From Paraspadella gotoi (taxonomy: Eukaryota > Animalia > Chaetognatha): DNA of 64,000 nucleotides. Location: NCBI GenBank assembly GCA_051294375.1, contig CM119268.1, positions 16,293,528-16,357,527 on the forward strand, read 5' to 3'. A program made the translations under genes and the position numbers. The stretch's first letter is position 1; each line of letters begins with the position of its first letter. Shown here one piece after another: positions 1-15,447 of this stretch. The notes under the pieces are model-generated. The model ran no database searches and was not told the DNA's origin. It saw only the letters and a program-made list of their open reading frames with translations.

Positions 1-1887
1 AGTCCGTTTAGTTTCGTTTAGTTTAGTTTAGTTCCAACAGAAATCAACGACACCGAATCCTCATGATTAACGTCGGAAAATACAGGAAATAAATCGCGGC
101 GGCAATGAGGTACATTTAAAAAATTGGATGTAGTTGCAAAACAACATAAACTAATAGATTAATTCATAATAGGTAGTTATTTTTATACTACAAATGGCTG
201 TGATGGGTAGAAACTTTCTAATAATTTAAGGCGATCAAAAGAAACTCCCTCAAAATGAAATTTTTTTCAAGCATTGAAGTTTCCCCATTCAGCTAGGGTA
301 TATGGCGCCAGTTCCCGCGGATCTCCATGTATTATCGCGCGTGCGATTCTCGCGCCTCGAAAAGACGATGTTCGAAAATCGAAGGCGAAGAAAAAAAAAT
401 AAATAAAAGAGAAAAACGGAAAAAAAGAAAAAAAAGAAGGGATATCGGAAGCAAAGTGGCAGAGATTGGGAAAAAGAATCCTTTTCGGGGAGGAAGGTTA
501 CTCTGTCTCTCTCTCTCCTGCTCTCTCATCTTCTCTTCCTCTCTCTCTCTCTCTCTCTCTCTGCTCTCTCTGTCCTCTCTCTCCTTCTCTCCTCCATCCC
601 CCTCATTTTTTCTCCTTCTAGTTGCCTCTTTCCCTTTTTTTCCTTTATCTTTTTCCCGCCTTTTGTCGTTTTGGTCGCTTTCCGCCCTATTTTTCCTCGA
701 TAACCAAAGACTTGACGACGCCAAGCGACCGAAGCGACGACGACAACGACGACGATGGCTGCGAAGACGAAGGAGACAAGGCAGCCAACGACCACCAGTC
801 AGCTTCACTTGCTAAACGCGTTTTAGTCGGGTGATTTTTTTTTCTCTTGAATGTCTGAGATTAGATTGTTTGTCTTACCATTTCAAGCAAAAACATAAAC
901 CTTAAAGTTAAACAACTTGCCGGCATGATTCACAAGATATCCTATAAGAAAGATATTTTATTACGGCTGGTTAGCTTTGCAAGCTTGGGATTGCAAACAT
1001 GACAAAAAGCTAAATGCAAAAAGTTAACAAGAAACAAAAGAAAGAGAAGACGATGATTTTTTTCCGAGGGGAAATGTTTTTTTTTCTTCTCTCACTCGAT
1101 AGCGGGAAATGTTTTTTTGGGTTCAGAGGAAAAAGTCAATGTGGCGAAAGAAACTGCAAAAGGATTGGAACATGAAATACTTTCGATCGGAAGGGATCGT
1201 CGACGGTGGCTGCGTATGAAAACACCTTCGCCTTCAAGTATGTGTGAATACTCATGAAAATCATCGAAAAAAGGTAAGCTCAAACGATTATGATTATCAT
1301 GAGGTTAGTAAACGTTTTACTCAAAATAACGTCGAACAAAAAATAAAAATAAAAACACCAAGGAATCTTTCCGTTTCTATTAATAAAATCATGTTTTTAA
1401 AGCTTATATTTATAGTTTTTTTCGTGATGGTTTGTTGCGTCACTTCAGTGAATTTACTCGGGGAACAGGAACGAAACTCAAACTTTTGTAGTTGACGAGT
1501 ATCTCGTCTAACAAAAAAATAATAATTATGAACCCGACAGTACATCGTCATTTGGTTGCAAGCATATTAATTCAATAATTTTGGAAGCATAATGAATATT
1601 TCTTTATCGGATACCCTCGTAGCAACGTGACAGGTTTGTCACGAACGACTATGACGACGATGACGACGTCAAATGGAAAAGAAAACGACAGCGAAGGAAA
1701 ATTTGAAATGAGGAGAAAGAAAAAAAAGAGAACTAACGTTGAGGGTGATAATATTTGGCAATTTTTCTTTTCGATAAGCAGACTGCGGTGAAAAAAACGA
1801 GATTCTGACCGTCGCTTAGCAACCAAGACGCATTGGATCCTCGATGAAACTTGGAGCTTGGAGCTTTCATGAGGTTGGTATTTCCTC

Positions 1888-1996
<109 letters not shown>

Positions 1997-2949
1997 CCCT
2001 TCCTCCCTCTTATCCGACTTTTTAATCTCCCTTGTTGTGCCTATATTTATCGTCGTCGTCCTCAGCAACTGACTCTGTTTTTTGTTTTCCCTTATATATT
2101 TTCTTTCATTGCTCTTCTGTCACAGAATTGAGAGCCCCGCCTCGTTACAAAGTGATTTTTTTGGTAGGGAACATTGTAAGGGAAAAAAGGTTTCAATTCA
2201 TGAACCAAAAGGAAACTTACTAAGTCATCGTTGGTATTCAATACCTAAATCATAATTACCATCGAAAAAAAAAAGATAATCAATATTAAATCCGTTTTTA
2301 TAATAATCTAGTTTCTCTATATACATTACTTATTAATTTGGCGAGGGAGACAGGCTAAACCGTCCAAATTGCCGCTGTTGACGAGAGAGCGTCTTCGTGA
2401 CCCCGAATCGAATCCCATTTCGAGTTTCCTCCATAACATTTTTTTTCCTTTTTTTTTTCTTTCCTTTTGTTTTTCTCCCAATGTTTTTGATCTCCATTCA
2501 CTTCTTTCTCCTTCCTTCATCTAATCCTCCTCTTCCTCATACTCCACCTGCCTCTTTTCCTACTCCTCTTCTTCCTCCTATTCCTCATCCACCTGCTTCT
2601 CCTCCTCCTTTATTTTTTTTTTCAATCTCATTTCGGAAGCCAAAGTCAAAGGGCTTTTCTTTTTCTGTCTCTTTGACCTTCCTTTCCTTTCCTTTCCTCC
2701 TTTTTTTCTTTCCTTCTTTTTTGTCGGAAGTTTCTTTACCCGGAGAACCCGATCCCGGAACTCACCTGGAATCCCTTGACCCGACCCACGGATTGGGGGA
2801 GGCGCGGGGAAGTCCGGAGAGAGGGCATCCAGTTGCCTCCTTCCCTTTCTATTCGCCTTTAACTCCCTCTCGGTCTCTGTCGCCTTACTTAATCATGACC
2901 CGATCTCTCTCGCTCTCGATCAGAGGTTTCGCTCTCCTTGTCGAACCTC

Positions 2950-3011
<62 letters not shown>

Positions 3012-4792
3012 TAAGTCCTCCCCTTTCATTCTTGTTTTCTGTTTACCACCAAAGATTTAAATGATAAAGAAACCCTTCTTTTTCTTAACATTTTCCTTTT
3101 CTTTCGTTCATGCTCATTTCATTTCATTTCATTTCATTTTATCCCGCGTTTTAGCGAAGACGAACTGGATTTTAAAACAAAGCGTCACCGTCCAATGACC
3201 GCGGGACATCGGACGCGTCACCGCGCGCAATTTCATCGACGCGCTCGGAATCAATCAGTCTTTTAATCGTCATGGCTCTCGCCTTTATTTTTATGTTCTC
3301 TGTTTATTCCTCGCAGCGATGAGGGATTTTTTTCCATTTACCTCGCGCGCCAGCGAGGATAATGGGAAATTTATGCCCCGTATAAACTTTTAAGGGCCAC
3401 TTATTAGTTGGTTTTTTTTTTCGCGACTCACCTGTCGGCTTCGCGTTAAGATTGCGAGTTATTGCATTGCATTGTGTTCTTATGGATTGCAACGTCATAG
3501 AAGTATTCTTTATATGGAATTTGAAGCGTATATTTTATTATGAACAAATAAATGAGATTTCGCAACTTTTTTAAACAATGTGATTGAGAAACGTGTTACC
3601 AAGAACAAGTATAGGCGGTATAAAAAACAGGGAAACTTTCCATTCGTTTAGTCTCTAGTACACGGTTTCCAACTTTTCCCAGTGTTTCGAGATCGTTTCA
3701 CTTGGCCGCGCCCTCCATCTCTCGCTCTCCATCTCTCGCTCTCCATCACTCCCTCAACATCTCTCACTCTCCATTTCTCGCTCTCCATCTCTCGCCTTTC
3801 CATCGCTCGCATACAATGGGCCTTTTTATGGCATTTTTTTCGTAGGGCAACACCTGTTACGAGAAAGGGTGGAAAGCAAAGGGCCAGGCGTCGGAACACG
3901 CCCCTCCATCCCTCTTCGCGTTCCCCAGTTTCTCTCGCTCCTTTTCCTCTTTATTTTCCTTTTCATTTTTCCTTTCACCTGTGACCCGGCCATCATTGCC
4001 ATTCCCTTCCAAAACCGAGGGAGCAAAAGGCCAAAATCTCTTCTCCTTCCGAGAGTGACGACCAACGCAGCCTTTCCCTGACCCGAGCTAAGCCCACCAC
4101 ACTAGTTTCTTCCAGTCTTCACAGCAGCCTCACCCAGACGCTACCCCAGCTTCTCCCACATCTCGGATTCTCCGACACCTAGACCCAGCCTTCCCCTGCC
4201 TCCATTTCTTTTTCAGCCCTGAAGCAGCGGTTGCCCTTCACAACCCGAAAATCCTAATCCTCGGTAATTTTTATCCAAACCACGAATTTTGTTTACTGAA
4301 TCGAGTTTCGTGAAAAAAAGGCTCAAAGACTTACGTTTATTTTAATATTTTAATTTCATAAAAACGTTACTCGCTTCTTTCTACTGTAATTCTCTCTCTA
4401 TTTTACAATCCGCTGAATGCCTTGGTAAGTTTGTACGTATGTTTGGACTTTGTTTTGTACGTTTTCCTTTTCCATAAAAAATACCAATTACGCGTGACAC
4501 ATGTAAGAAAAACAAATTTAGCATTTAAAGCTTTTTGGAGCATTTATAGTATCTCCATTACTAATGACAGGGGGTCGTAAAATATCGTTTTCTATCCTCG
4601 AATTTTCATGACGCAAATAGAAAGTCAATGACGCGAAGGGGAAATATGACTACAAACGATGACATTTTGACCCAAGAATAGAATGATCACAATTTCCCTC
4701 TACGAGAAATGGATTTATTTTTTGAGAGAGGCAAAGAGGGAGATAAAAAATGAAGAAAGAAAGAGAGAGAGAAGGAGAGAAGGAGAGAGAGT

Positions 4793-4876
<84 letters not shown>

Positions 4877-5377
4877 AACTAAATAGCACCCGTCCACGCC
4901 TACGTTTCAAAAGTCCCTACAGTCGCCATCTTTGCCTCAACTGATATTTTCGTCCATTCGCCGCCATTTTAAAACTGTGAGAGAGAGAGAGATTTATAGA
5001 GAAAAACTTACTTCGTAGTTCATAAACACATAAAGTTTAGTTTTGCACTATATCTGCAACATTATACTCCATTTTTTAGACCCCGATTGGATTTTGTAAC
5101 TTGGATTCGGTGAGCGTCGTAGAATTTTGCTTTGTTTACTCGCTTTTTCAAGTATGCCATTAAATGCTATTTTGGCCATTTTCTAAATCCGGGGACCAAG
5201 GTCCAAAACTTCAAGCTACAAACATTCCTTCTCAAGTCAATTTCGAAAAAGGGTCTTTACTAACGTTACTAACTCGTTAGGATTTAGCGTTGATTTTTTA
5301 CCTCGTTTGGTTTCGTTCCTTTTTTTTATTTTCTTTTCCATTGGTTTGTTATAGTGACTCACTATTTCTAACAGGAA

Positions 5378-5456
<79 letters not shown>

Positions 5457-8400
5457 GCCAATGGGAAATCAATGAAGTTTCCGCTCTGTCGAAGTCTGAT
5501 GTTTCAATTGGCATTCCGTGAGAATCTCGGCGGTGAAAACCTGAACGCTGACTGAACCGCGCTCTTTTTTCAGCTTGCTGAATTATTTGATAGATGAACC
5601 GAAATACTTTTTTTTATAATTTTAATTTTTCTTCATGTTTGTACAGGCGGTCAACAATGACTTAGTACAAAACGAAAATCTGAGTCTTCAAATTTAAAAC
5701 TAAATTTAAGTAAAAATTATAATCTTTTTTAAAAAAATAGAACTATTTTCAAAAGAAATTTTTTGACAAAAATATTTTTCTTATACTTTTGTAGACCTTA
5801 TAAACATGGCAAAAGGGGAAAAAAGAATATAGCGATTAAAAAATACCGTTAAGATTGACTATTATAAATTGGGTTGAGAGAGCAAGATTAAAGCATTGCA
5901 TTAAAATGTGATTCGAGGCTGTTGGAGTTAGTATTTTAGTTGGGGTGAGTAAATGATTTCCTACGAGCGATAGTGAGACAGTGAGTGATTGGGAGGGAGA
6001 GAGAGAGAGAGAGAGTGAGAGAGAGAGAGAGTGAGAGAGAGAGAGAGAGAAACATTTCCTCACGAGCAAATATTCTCTCTTGGATTTCTCGGCTTTGGAT
6101 CTCGTCTTTTGGCGACGCATATGGCGACGCTGCTGACGCTGCCGATTCTGCCGATGCTGCTCATGGTGCCGACGCTGACGTCGCTGCCGATCCTGCCGAC
6201 GCTGCCAACGCCTCACGACGAAGCGACATCTGGACTTGTGAACTTTGGGGTTTTCTTTCTCAGGAAGGCGATTATGGCGCCGACTCTCGTCCAGGGGTCA
6301 TTTGGCCGGAGTTTGGCCGGTGACGCAGGCTTTGGTTTTTGATCACGTGATCTTTTGCCATTTGCGCTAGAGAGCAAGGCAGTTGTCTCTTGATTTGTTT
6401 GTTTATTATAATTAATTTTTATAGATAATTATAATTGTCATATAATATTTCCCGTAAGGAATGTTCCCAGATACGGTTTTCCTCGTCCCACAAAATTCTA
6501 CTCGGTTGAAAATTCCTTGCGATAATATTGAAAATTGGACGTAAACAAACAAACACTAGCAAAAAACGTCAAGTTACCTCCCTCTCATCTCCCCACGCTC
6601 ATCTCCCTAAACCTTACCCGTTCGTCACTCACCCTCCCCCCCCCAAATCGAGTCTTTCGCAGCGGAAAAACCAGTTGACCGAAAAACCAAACTGGGCGCC
6701 AATCATCGCCAGTGATTCGAGGCAGACAAGCGAAGGAAATCGGACACAACCGATCGATTATATTATATGCGGAGAAAGGCGACTTTTTTTGTTGTTGTTG
6801 TTTAGTGAGGAGGAGGAAAATGAGGAGGAAGATGAGAAGGAGGAGGAGGAAGAGGAGAGTTGTATGCGTATCGAGAGAAATAGATTAATTTTTTTGGTGA
6901 GAATATGCGATGATGAATTCGAATATATTTTTTGGGGTGAAAAACAGTAATATATTTCGGTAAATGTTTTAAAATTTTACCTAAAACTTAAATACATTGC
7001 TGCTTCTCAAAAAATATATCGTTTTCCTCATAAAAAGACGTTCACTTTTATATACAAAAGTTGAATATACGATGACAATTTACTATGCGATGGTGAAAAG
7101 TCAAATCCTTCTTAAATAATAATCTTATTCATATAGTTTACGGAATATATGTACGTAGTGGAATAAAATAATAAAAAGAAAAAACTTAGTAGTTTATTAA
7201 TGAAATTGGTACATCTCATAAAAAAAATAATAATAATTTCATTTCTGACGTCGTACCGCGTAAGGTGGGATTAGGTCTCTATCCCTCTAACAAGATTAAA
7301 AAAAACCTCCGTGCTTTCTCAAAGTCTAGTTTATCGTATTTATGTCATTTTTTTAATGTATTTTTTTATTATATAATTTTGTAAATATACAAATACTTAA
7401 TTTTCTAATACGCTGATCTCGAGTGAAAAAAAAATAGTAGGAACTCGGAAGTAAATAAAGATTTTTAATCTTCTCCTCATTTTTTTTTCCCGACGCGAAA
7501 CTTGCGAGTCTCGGCTTTTTGCCACATGAGGTGATACCTCCTCGCGTGGAAAGGGGAGGAGAAATGCGAAAAGGGAAATGACGGATTCCGAGTCGCGTTC
7601 ACGCTGCGGCGGAGGGATGGCGTTTTGGAAGGGGGGAGATGGCGTTTTGGAGAGGGGGGGAGATGGCGTTGATGGTGGTGAGGAAGGCGAAGTTGGCGTT
7701 AGTAGGGAATGGGGATCGTGGCATTAGTGGAGAGGGTGGCGTTGGTGGATGAGGGGAAGGTGGCGTTAGTCAACTTAGCGAGTGTATAGATAGCGTTGGC
7801 AGTAGGGAAGGATGGGAGGGCAGGGAAGGGCGTGGAAATCGCATGGCTATAATAACACGAATTATAAAGTATTGGTGGGAAATGGTAGCGACGTAGATGG
7901 CGTCGATAACGGGGGAAATGGTATGCGCTCGATCTTTCGGTGGACATTGTAAATTAATGAAGAAGCTCAGATGGTGAAAGCACCGATTACTATGGCTTCA
8001 CTAGTAATAAATACAAATTGAATGGTAATGGATGTATTGGATTGTGCAACAGAGAAAGGAAATTCGCGATAAAAATAAGGAGTTTTCTCGATAGAAAAGC
8101 TGAAAAATTATAGTCGTTATTATTAACGACTTTTGTCGCTTAGCATTAAGCTTAACCTTCTCTGTCATGTTGATGTCGTCCTTGACAGTGTCTTTGCTGC
8201 TCCGCTGAGTTTTTATTTTTTCGCCATAATTCTTTTTTTTTTTTCTGCTAAAAATTAGCCATGATAGAAAGTTGAGCATTTGAAAGTATGTTGCGGAATC
8301 CACCCTGTTTCTTTTCTTTTCTTGTAGCGTTTACGATATGTGACAGCAGCCAACGATTAAGCTGCCGCATGTAAAGCGGCGGCTGGTAGTTGCTGGCGGC

Positions 8401-10125
8401 TGCTGAGACAGTTGCTGCGGCTGCAAAATCGCAGACGCTCGACATCGTTTTCTTCGAAACCGAATTTTGAGTTTGAAGTTTAGTGACCCCAAAAATCCTT
8501 TTTGGGGCGAAAATCTTTCGATCCAGAGTCGGATCGCTTAAATATGTTGCCTGTGGGGGAATGAGTGAATAGGAGACCGAGGGAGGAAGGGAAGATATCT
8601 TGGAAACTACGAGGAAGGCCAGAAAGGCTGAGGTCGAGATGGAGAAAGAGAGGCTGAGAAATAGAAAAGAGAGGAGAGAGATGGAGAAAGAGGATCAGGA
8701 AATGGTGGAAGATATGAAAAATAGAGAATGATTAGGAAGTAGAAGAAAAGAGAGAAGCGAGAGGAGAAAAGAGGGGAAAAAATAGAGGAAAAATACGGAA
8801 GGAAAAAAAGAGAAGATGGAGACTAAAGAGGGAATGAGCTGAGACATTGTATGGAGTAAGACAGAGTGAGAGAGAGAGAGTGAGATGGTGCTAGAACATG
8901 AATGGAGAAGTCGCTTGAGAGACGCCGCAGATGTTGAGGATGTATTAACGGCGTCGGAGATGGCAATCGGTTTTCAAAAACGGCGTCGACGATGGCAATT
9001 AGTTTCGACAAATGGCGACAGCGAAAGAGGCGAGCGACGAGACGCTAATGGCTTCTCCGCGTTCGGCCGGCGTCTTCCACGAGCTCGATAACAAGCGCGC
9101 GACAATTCGAGGATTAGCGAGAGGGCGAAGCCTTTAGGGGTTGAATTTGAATCTTTCGGTTTGGGGAAAGGGCAAAGCTGTCAGGGCTGAGTTTGGCCGT
9201 TTCGAATTTAAGCTGAGGGCGATTGATGCGAATCAGAAATAAGGTAAACGACGCCTAAATTTCTGGGAAGGCTTTCCGGTGCGAGATCGAGTAAAACTTT
9301 TTTGATGGACTCATCAATGGAGTTTGCAATCTGGTGATTTTATAAAATTCAAAATAAGACAAGTTAAGGAGGTCCTTTTATTTAAAGATTTTATTTTAAA
9401 AAATTAAAATTTTTACTATTGAGAACTCAAAATAGTTTTATTTTAAATTTTTCAAGAATTTTATAACTTATCTTTATCGGGACACCAGATATTTTGTTAT
9501 TTCCTCCAAAGTTGAATTTATATTCTCTCTATTTCTTTCGCCCTCTCTCTCTCCCTCTCTTTCTCCTTCGTCGAAAAGTCATTCCTTTCTTTCTGTCCCA
9601 TCGAGTCAGGGAAGTGCTGCCATCTTCGGTCCAATTTTGGAAATTGGAAGCCGAAAGAAGTAAAAAGAAGAAAGAGGAAAAAAAAAATTCGCGAAGGATG
9701 AAATGGAACAAAACGATTCTTCTTCTTATTCGTTCTTCTTAAATATTAATCCTTTTTTTTTAGAAGTACAGGAGTCTAATAACGCTTTTTCAGAATAATA
9801 TTTATGTGCCGAAATCAAAGTGAGCCTTCGTCTCTTAATTGAATCAATGAATGATTTTTGTCGATTCCTTGTACCAATTTTATATCAAATTTGACAGTAG
9901 GAAGCGATTTATTGTTCTATATGAATTATAAATTATAGTATAAATTATTTACAAAGAGGAAAAAGCGGCACTTAACAAAAGTTTTTTTGGGCTTTTATAA
10001 AAGTATCGCCTCCAAAGATAAGCAAACGTCCTTCTCCGATCTGCCAATGGGAGAATCGCCTTGACGAATTCTTCTCGGGAGGGGAGAGAAAAACCCCAGG
10101 ATCCGATATTTATGAAGACGCATGA

Positions 10126-10204
<79 letters not shown>

Positions 10205-10629
10205 TCTAGTGTGAGGGAGTATTTCTTGCGTGAATATATTTCACCTTAGGCAAAGTAACTCAGATCGTAGTCCTCCGCCGAATTCGGTTCGCTGATTTTA
10301 TATTTGTTTATTTCATTTATTTATTTTTCTTATATTTTTACTGCTACTACTCGTATAACATGCAATGGCGTAACTAGCGAATCACTGACGTTTTGTTTAT
10401 GCTCTGTATTAACAAGGTCGTTTTCTTCAGCGAGAAAAGTTCACTGCCTCCTGCGGGACTGAAGGGAAGTAGGGCATAGATGCAGCGGAGCGGAGATCGA
10501 CCGTCGCGAGGCCGAGTTGTTTTGTTTTCATTTTGAAAAAAACAAAAACAAAAAAAAAGAGTTGATTTTTTTTTCTTAATCGATATATTCATTGGTTATT
10601 ATCACGGAAGAATTGCCAATTACATTTTA

Positions 10630-10712
10630 AAAGCCTGTTCAAAGTCAGGGGCAAGATAGCTTATTTATTAAATGAATGGATAATTTTTATATTGGTTGTA
10701 CCAATTTCATAT
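10630..10712 (+). repeat. Interspersed repeat, 5'-truncated copy
   Basis: aaagcctgttcaaagtcaggggcaagatagcttatttattaaatgaatggataatttttatattggttgtaccaatttcatat differs from the 60657-60739 copy at two positions by eye. Confidence 0.9.
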
Positions 10713-12065
10713 TTTAAAGAATTGACAATTTAAGAAATCTGGGCGAAGGGAAAATAGTCTGTAGTTGATAACGAATCGAGAGACTGGAAATTAAGGAAAA
10801 GAGACTTGGGGATCGAGAGAGGAGAAAGAAAGAAAAAAAAAACCATAAACTTTAAAGACGTCAAGGAATTAGTGAAGAACAAGAACGGAAAGGAAAGAAG
10901 TTTGAATTACTAAAGGAAATGAAATAGCGAAAGAGTGTTACAGGGTGCAGCGGGTGAATTCCGGTATCGCGTACATGGTGCATACATCAAAAACTTGCGA
11001 GTTCTCTAGCAAAAGAAAATTTAAGAAAAGGGGTCTATCGCCGTATCCCGTATCGGGAGGGCTGCGATACGCGGGACCCACGGGGAATTGCTTGAGGGGA
11101 GCGTGGGGGGGGGGGGAGAGAAGAGAAGGGGAACGCGTCCGGGCCGAGGCGAAAATAATCTCCGTCGCGCAGGGAAACATGTGCACCAAAAAATGTCAGC
11201 GAAAATTGAAAAGAGTACACAGCCTGAAAGGAACATAATGGAGACTTAAAAACTGTAAAGAGGCAATTTCCATCGGATGAAAGGGGGTAAGGAAGGAGTA
11301 GGGTAGGGGAGGAGAGGAATGGGTAGGGTAAGGGGGGAGAAGAAGGAGGGAAGGGGGCAGGAGAGGGGTAGAAAAGCGGGGAACAGCAGTAAAAGGAGGA
11401 AGCGGAATGTCGAGGCGTAAACGACCCTAACTTTTATGGATTTTTTACGTGTTCCTGTTTTCGGTCAACGCGTCAATGCGTTTAAAGCGTCACTGGCCCG
11501 GCGTGGTCCGTTCGGCCTCTTAGCGTCAAATGCGTCGCCGACTCGACGACCTTCCGACGTCGTTGCGTCAAAAAGACGCCAAAGCGTCTACCTCTTCGAG
11601 TCAAGACTGCCCGCCGTTCCCGCGTCACATGAATGTCTGAGCGTCACTTTTTTTGGGAAGAATTCACGCGAGAGAAAAAAAATAAATACGAATCGATGTA
11701 TCGAAAAAGGCGAGGATCGAATCACGGGCCAGCGAGCCACGCCCACTTTGTCGCGCGACTTTTACGTACAAGACTTTAGACGGCCCGAGGTCAAATCGTC
11801 ACAAATGCCGGATTGGCTGTTAGTTTTTGCTTTTAGTTCCCTTTTTATATGTTGATATGTTGAAAAAGTTGTTTCTAACTAAAATAAAGATTCAAGAAGG
11901 GAGAAAGTGTAAGAACGAAATAGAATGAGAGAGTGTATAATATAGAGAATAAAAAGGACTTTATGAAAAAAAAAAGAAATGGAAAAAAATAAACCAGAAT
12001 GTGGAGACTGAAAAGGGAAAATTGGAGCGGACGAAAAAGGGAATGCAATCGCGATAACGAAAAAA

Positions 12066-12160
<95 letters not shown>

Positions 12161-13051
12161 GAGGGAGAGAGAGAGTATGGTAGAATGAGGCAGAGACGAA
12201 CAGAGGTAACATCGAGAGATAAAGAAATAAAGAGATAAATAGATTTAAGAGAGGGAAGGTGATCGTCGCGCGAGAGGAAGAATGGAGCGAGAGAAAAAGC
12301 GAGAGTGAGAGGAATAGCGAGAGTGAGAGGAATCGCGAGAGGGAGTGGAAAGAAGAGACAAAGTGATAACCCTGAACTGAGCCTCAGCAAAGGAGGCGAA
12401 AGGCGTCTTGTGGCGAGAGAGGAGAGAGAGACCGGCGCCTTGGCTGGGAATAGAAGGCGCCTCTCGCTGTGATTGAGATGGATAAGAAAAAAAAAAGGAG
12501 GCCGCGCGAAAACACAAACAAACAAATATGGGAGGAGGAAGAAGAAGAAAAAAAAAAGAGGGAAAAGTATCGCCGGGGAAAATGCGGAATAAAAAAGAAA
12601 TCATATTTGGGTTTTTATTTACGTTGTGGTGATATAAATAATAAATATATCTCCGAATCGCCCACACGCTCAAAGAAAAAAAAAAACCTCTTTAAGGAAA
12701 ACCTTTACCATGGCGGATTTGAAAATCTCGCTTGATGTGGATTAAGTTTGTCTTGACAACGAATAATTCCGATGGTTCTTAACTATTTTTTTTTTTTTTT
12801 TCGTTTCAAGCTCCCGACTAATCTCTTATGATTAGCATTAACTTTCTCTTTATCATTTTTTATCTAGACTTTGCTATTCTTTCAGGCAATTTTTTTACCT
12901 TCCTCATTTTTTCGGTACTTAATTTTTAATTGAATTATTGACACGTAGATACAAGCGGGGTTTCGCAAATCCTTTACATATCACCTTTTCCTGGTTTTCA
13001 CAAACTCAAAAATTTTTCATGAGCGTTCAATTTTTTTTATTAATTTTTCAT

Positions 13052-13229
13052 CCAATCGCCAAGTCGGACATTCCTCTTTCATCCGGGTTTTCAGGTATTC
13101 TTAACAGTCAATACTTTTTAACCAGTCGCCAGTTGGTCAATCCTCCTTCATCCGGGTTTTCAGGTATTCTTAACAGTACTTTTTAACCAATCGCCAGTTG
13201 GTCATTCCTCCTTCATCCGGGTTTTCAGA
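13052..13229. repeat. Tandem repeat, ~65-70 bp unit, about 2.6 copies
   Basis: Core ttcatccgggttttcag occurs three times, each preceded by cca(a/g)tcgcca. Confidence 0.9.
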
Positions 13230-13953
13230 TTTTCAGTCGATCCCGCCTGACTCTCTCGATCTCACTCTAATCTCTCAGCAGATTTTCCAACTCAGTGTCG
13301 CCCCTTCTCTCTTCTCTCTCGTCAGTCGCCGAGGATCTCGTGGAATTAAACCGCGTTTATCACGAAGGCCACAGAGGCAGAAGGCTGTGGTTTTAATTCT
13401 TAGGCCTCACCGCAGGAAAAAAAAAACACCTTACTTTTCTCTTTTCAAAGCGGCCTTTTGATATAATTTAAATTACCATATATATATATATACTTATCCT
13501 TTTTTCGATAATCATCGTCATTATTATCGTCTTCCCGTCGACGACGCCATCGTTTCGAATTTGATAAGGAACTGCGTCCTTACGTTCACCCGGCATCCGC
13601 TTAGCATCCACCTTGCATCCGGGTAGCGTGTCCCTCACATCCGCTGTTCATCCACACTAGCAAGGCGATGATAGGTTTTCGAATTCCTCAAACAACAACA
13701 AAGAAAACCTCAACAACACAGACATTGCACAAATTGTAACTTAAAGAAAAGTGCATCCGTCAATGCGAGAGACAAGAAAATGACATTTTTCATCTTTCGT
13801 CGTTTTATGTCAAGTAAGAGAATTTGCGAGAGATTTCGAGTTTCAACTTCGAAGGAGAAAAAATACTCGGATCTTCTACTTTTTACTTTTTCTTAAGAAA
13901 AATCCGCTCGAGGAAATTGTCATTCGATTTTATTTTTATTCTTTTCGAGACCC

Positions 13954-14036
<83 letters not shown>

Positions 14037-14981
14037 CTCTTTTTCTCTCCCCCTTCGCCGTTCTTGTCACTCGAGTGAAAAACAAATATTTCTGTTTTTC
14101 TCTCTTGTCAAGTCGGGAACGAGGAATGGTGATCGTTTTCGGACTCGCGTCTGCTTCCTTTTAACCCCTTCACTCGTCCCCCTTTCCACTATCTTTATTT
14201 TTCACTTCCTCTTCCCCTTACTCTATCTTTCTTTCTCTCATTCTATTCATTCTCTCAACTCATTCACTCACTCGTTCTCTCAACTCATTCACTCCTTAAA
14301 TCAATCAGTCACTCACGCACTGAATCAATCACTCACTCACTAAGTCACTCTCTTACTCTTACAATTGCACATCTTTGACTTTATTCATTATCAGAACACT
14401 CACATATTTTTTCTTTCTTTCCCAATCATCACTCATTGTAACCTCCATCGGCTCCCACTGTATTTCCCCTTCTATAAATGCGACCTTCCATCCCGGATCA
14501 TAATCCCGAGGGTCAGCAAACTACGGATTCTAGAGGTCGCCCTCTTGATTTCACAACACCACCGAACGGCCTAACACCCTCGCTCGTAATCTTTCATCAC
14601 CCCTGACGCTAAACTCCTTCACCCCTTCAAAGCNNNNNNNNNNNNNNNNNNNNNNNNNNNNNNNNNNNNNNNNNNNNNNNNNNNNNNNNNNNNNNNNNNN
14701 NNNNNNNNNNNNNNNNNNNNNNNNNNNNNNNNNNNNNNNNNNNNNNNNNNNNNNNNNNNNNNNNNNNNNNNNNNNNNNNNNNNNNNNNNNNNNNNNNNNN
14801 NNNNNNNNNNNNNNNNNNNNNNNNNNNNNNNNNNNNNNNNNNNNNNNNNNNNNNNNNNNNNNNNNNNNNNNNNNNNNNNNNNNNNNNNNNNNNCGACTCT
14901 TGTAAGAATTCCTGTCTCTTCCCCGCCTGTCTCTCTCTTGCTCGCTCAATCGCCGTCTCTTTTTTTAAAAAGTCGTCTTCG

Positions 14982-15013
<32 letters not shown>

Positions 15014-15324
15014 NNNNNNNNNNNNNNNNNNNNNNNNNNNNNNNNNNNNNNNNNNNNNCTATTGGCTATTCCCTTAATAACGCAGTATATTTCTATGGTC
15101 GGCTCTCCAAAAAGCAAAGAATTCCCGGACCTCCCTACTCTCGAAAGTCTACACCCACCGGTCTCCTCACCCAAGCCACTTCTTACCCTGGGACCCACTC
15201 TTTCCTTCCCTCTGGCGCCGCTTTTATCGTATTCGCGATTTTCAGGGAAATTCAGACCAAAAATCGGAAAAGACGAAAGACGAAGTTGTCAAAGGAAAGA
15301 AAGGCCAACGGCGAGAATTGGCTC

Positions 15325-15447
<123 letters not shown>

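Noticed and set aside
327-834. Overlapping long ORFs rich in SL/ER/RR, and all similar ORFs across the window
   Set aside because: Translations of (CT)n, (GA)n, (GAC)n and (GAAA)n repeats or N gaps, with no domain content.
1127-1273. Possible + strand exon between ttcag and AAG|GTAAGC
   Set aside because: All three frames contain stops before the strong donor, and there is no recognisable homology.
6111-6210. Ala/Asp-rich or Leu/Pro-rich ORFs
   Set aside because: Explained by an imperfect 9-bp gccgacgct repeat that is open in several frames on both strands.
8001-8445. Two overlapping minus-strand ORFs that look joinable (MSSVCDFAAAA... / ...KKKKNYGEK...)
   Set aside because: The candidate donor (phase 1) and acceptors (phase 2) are incompatible, and no family was recognised.
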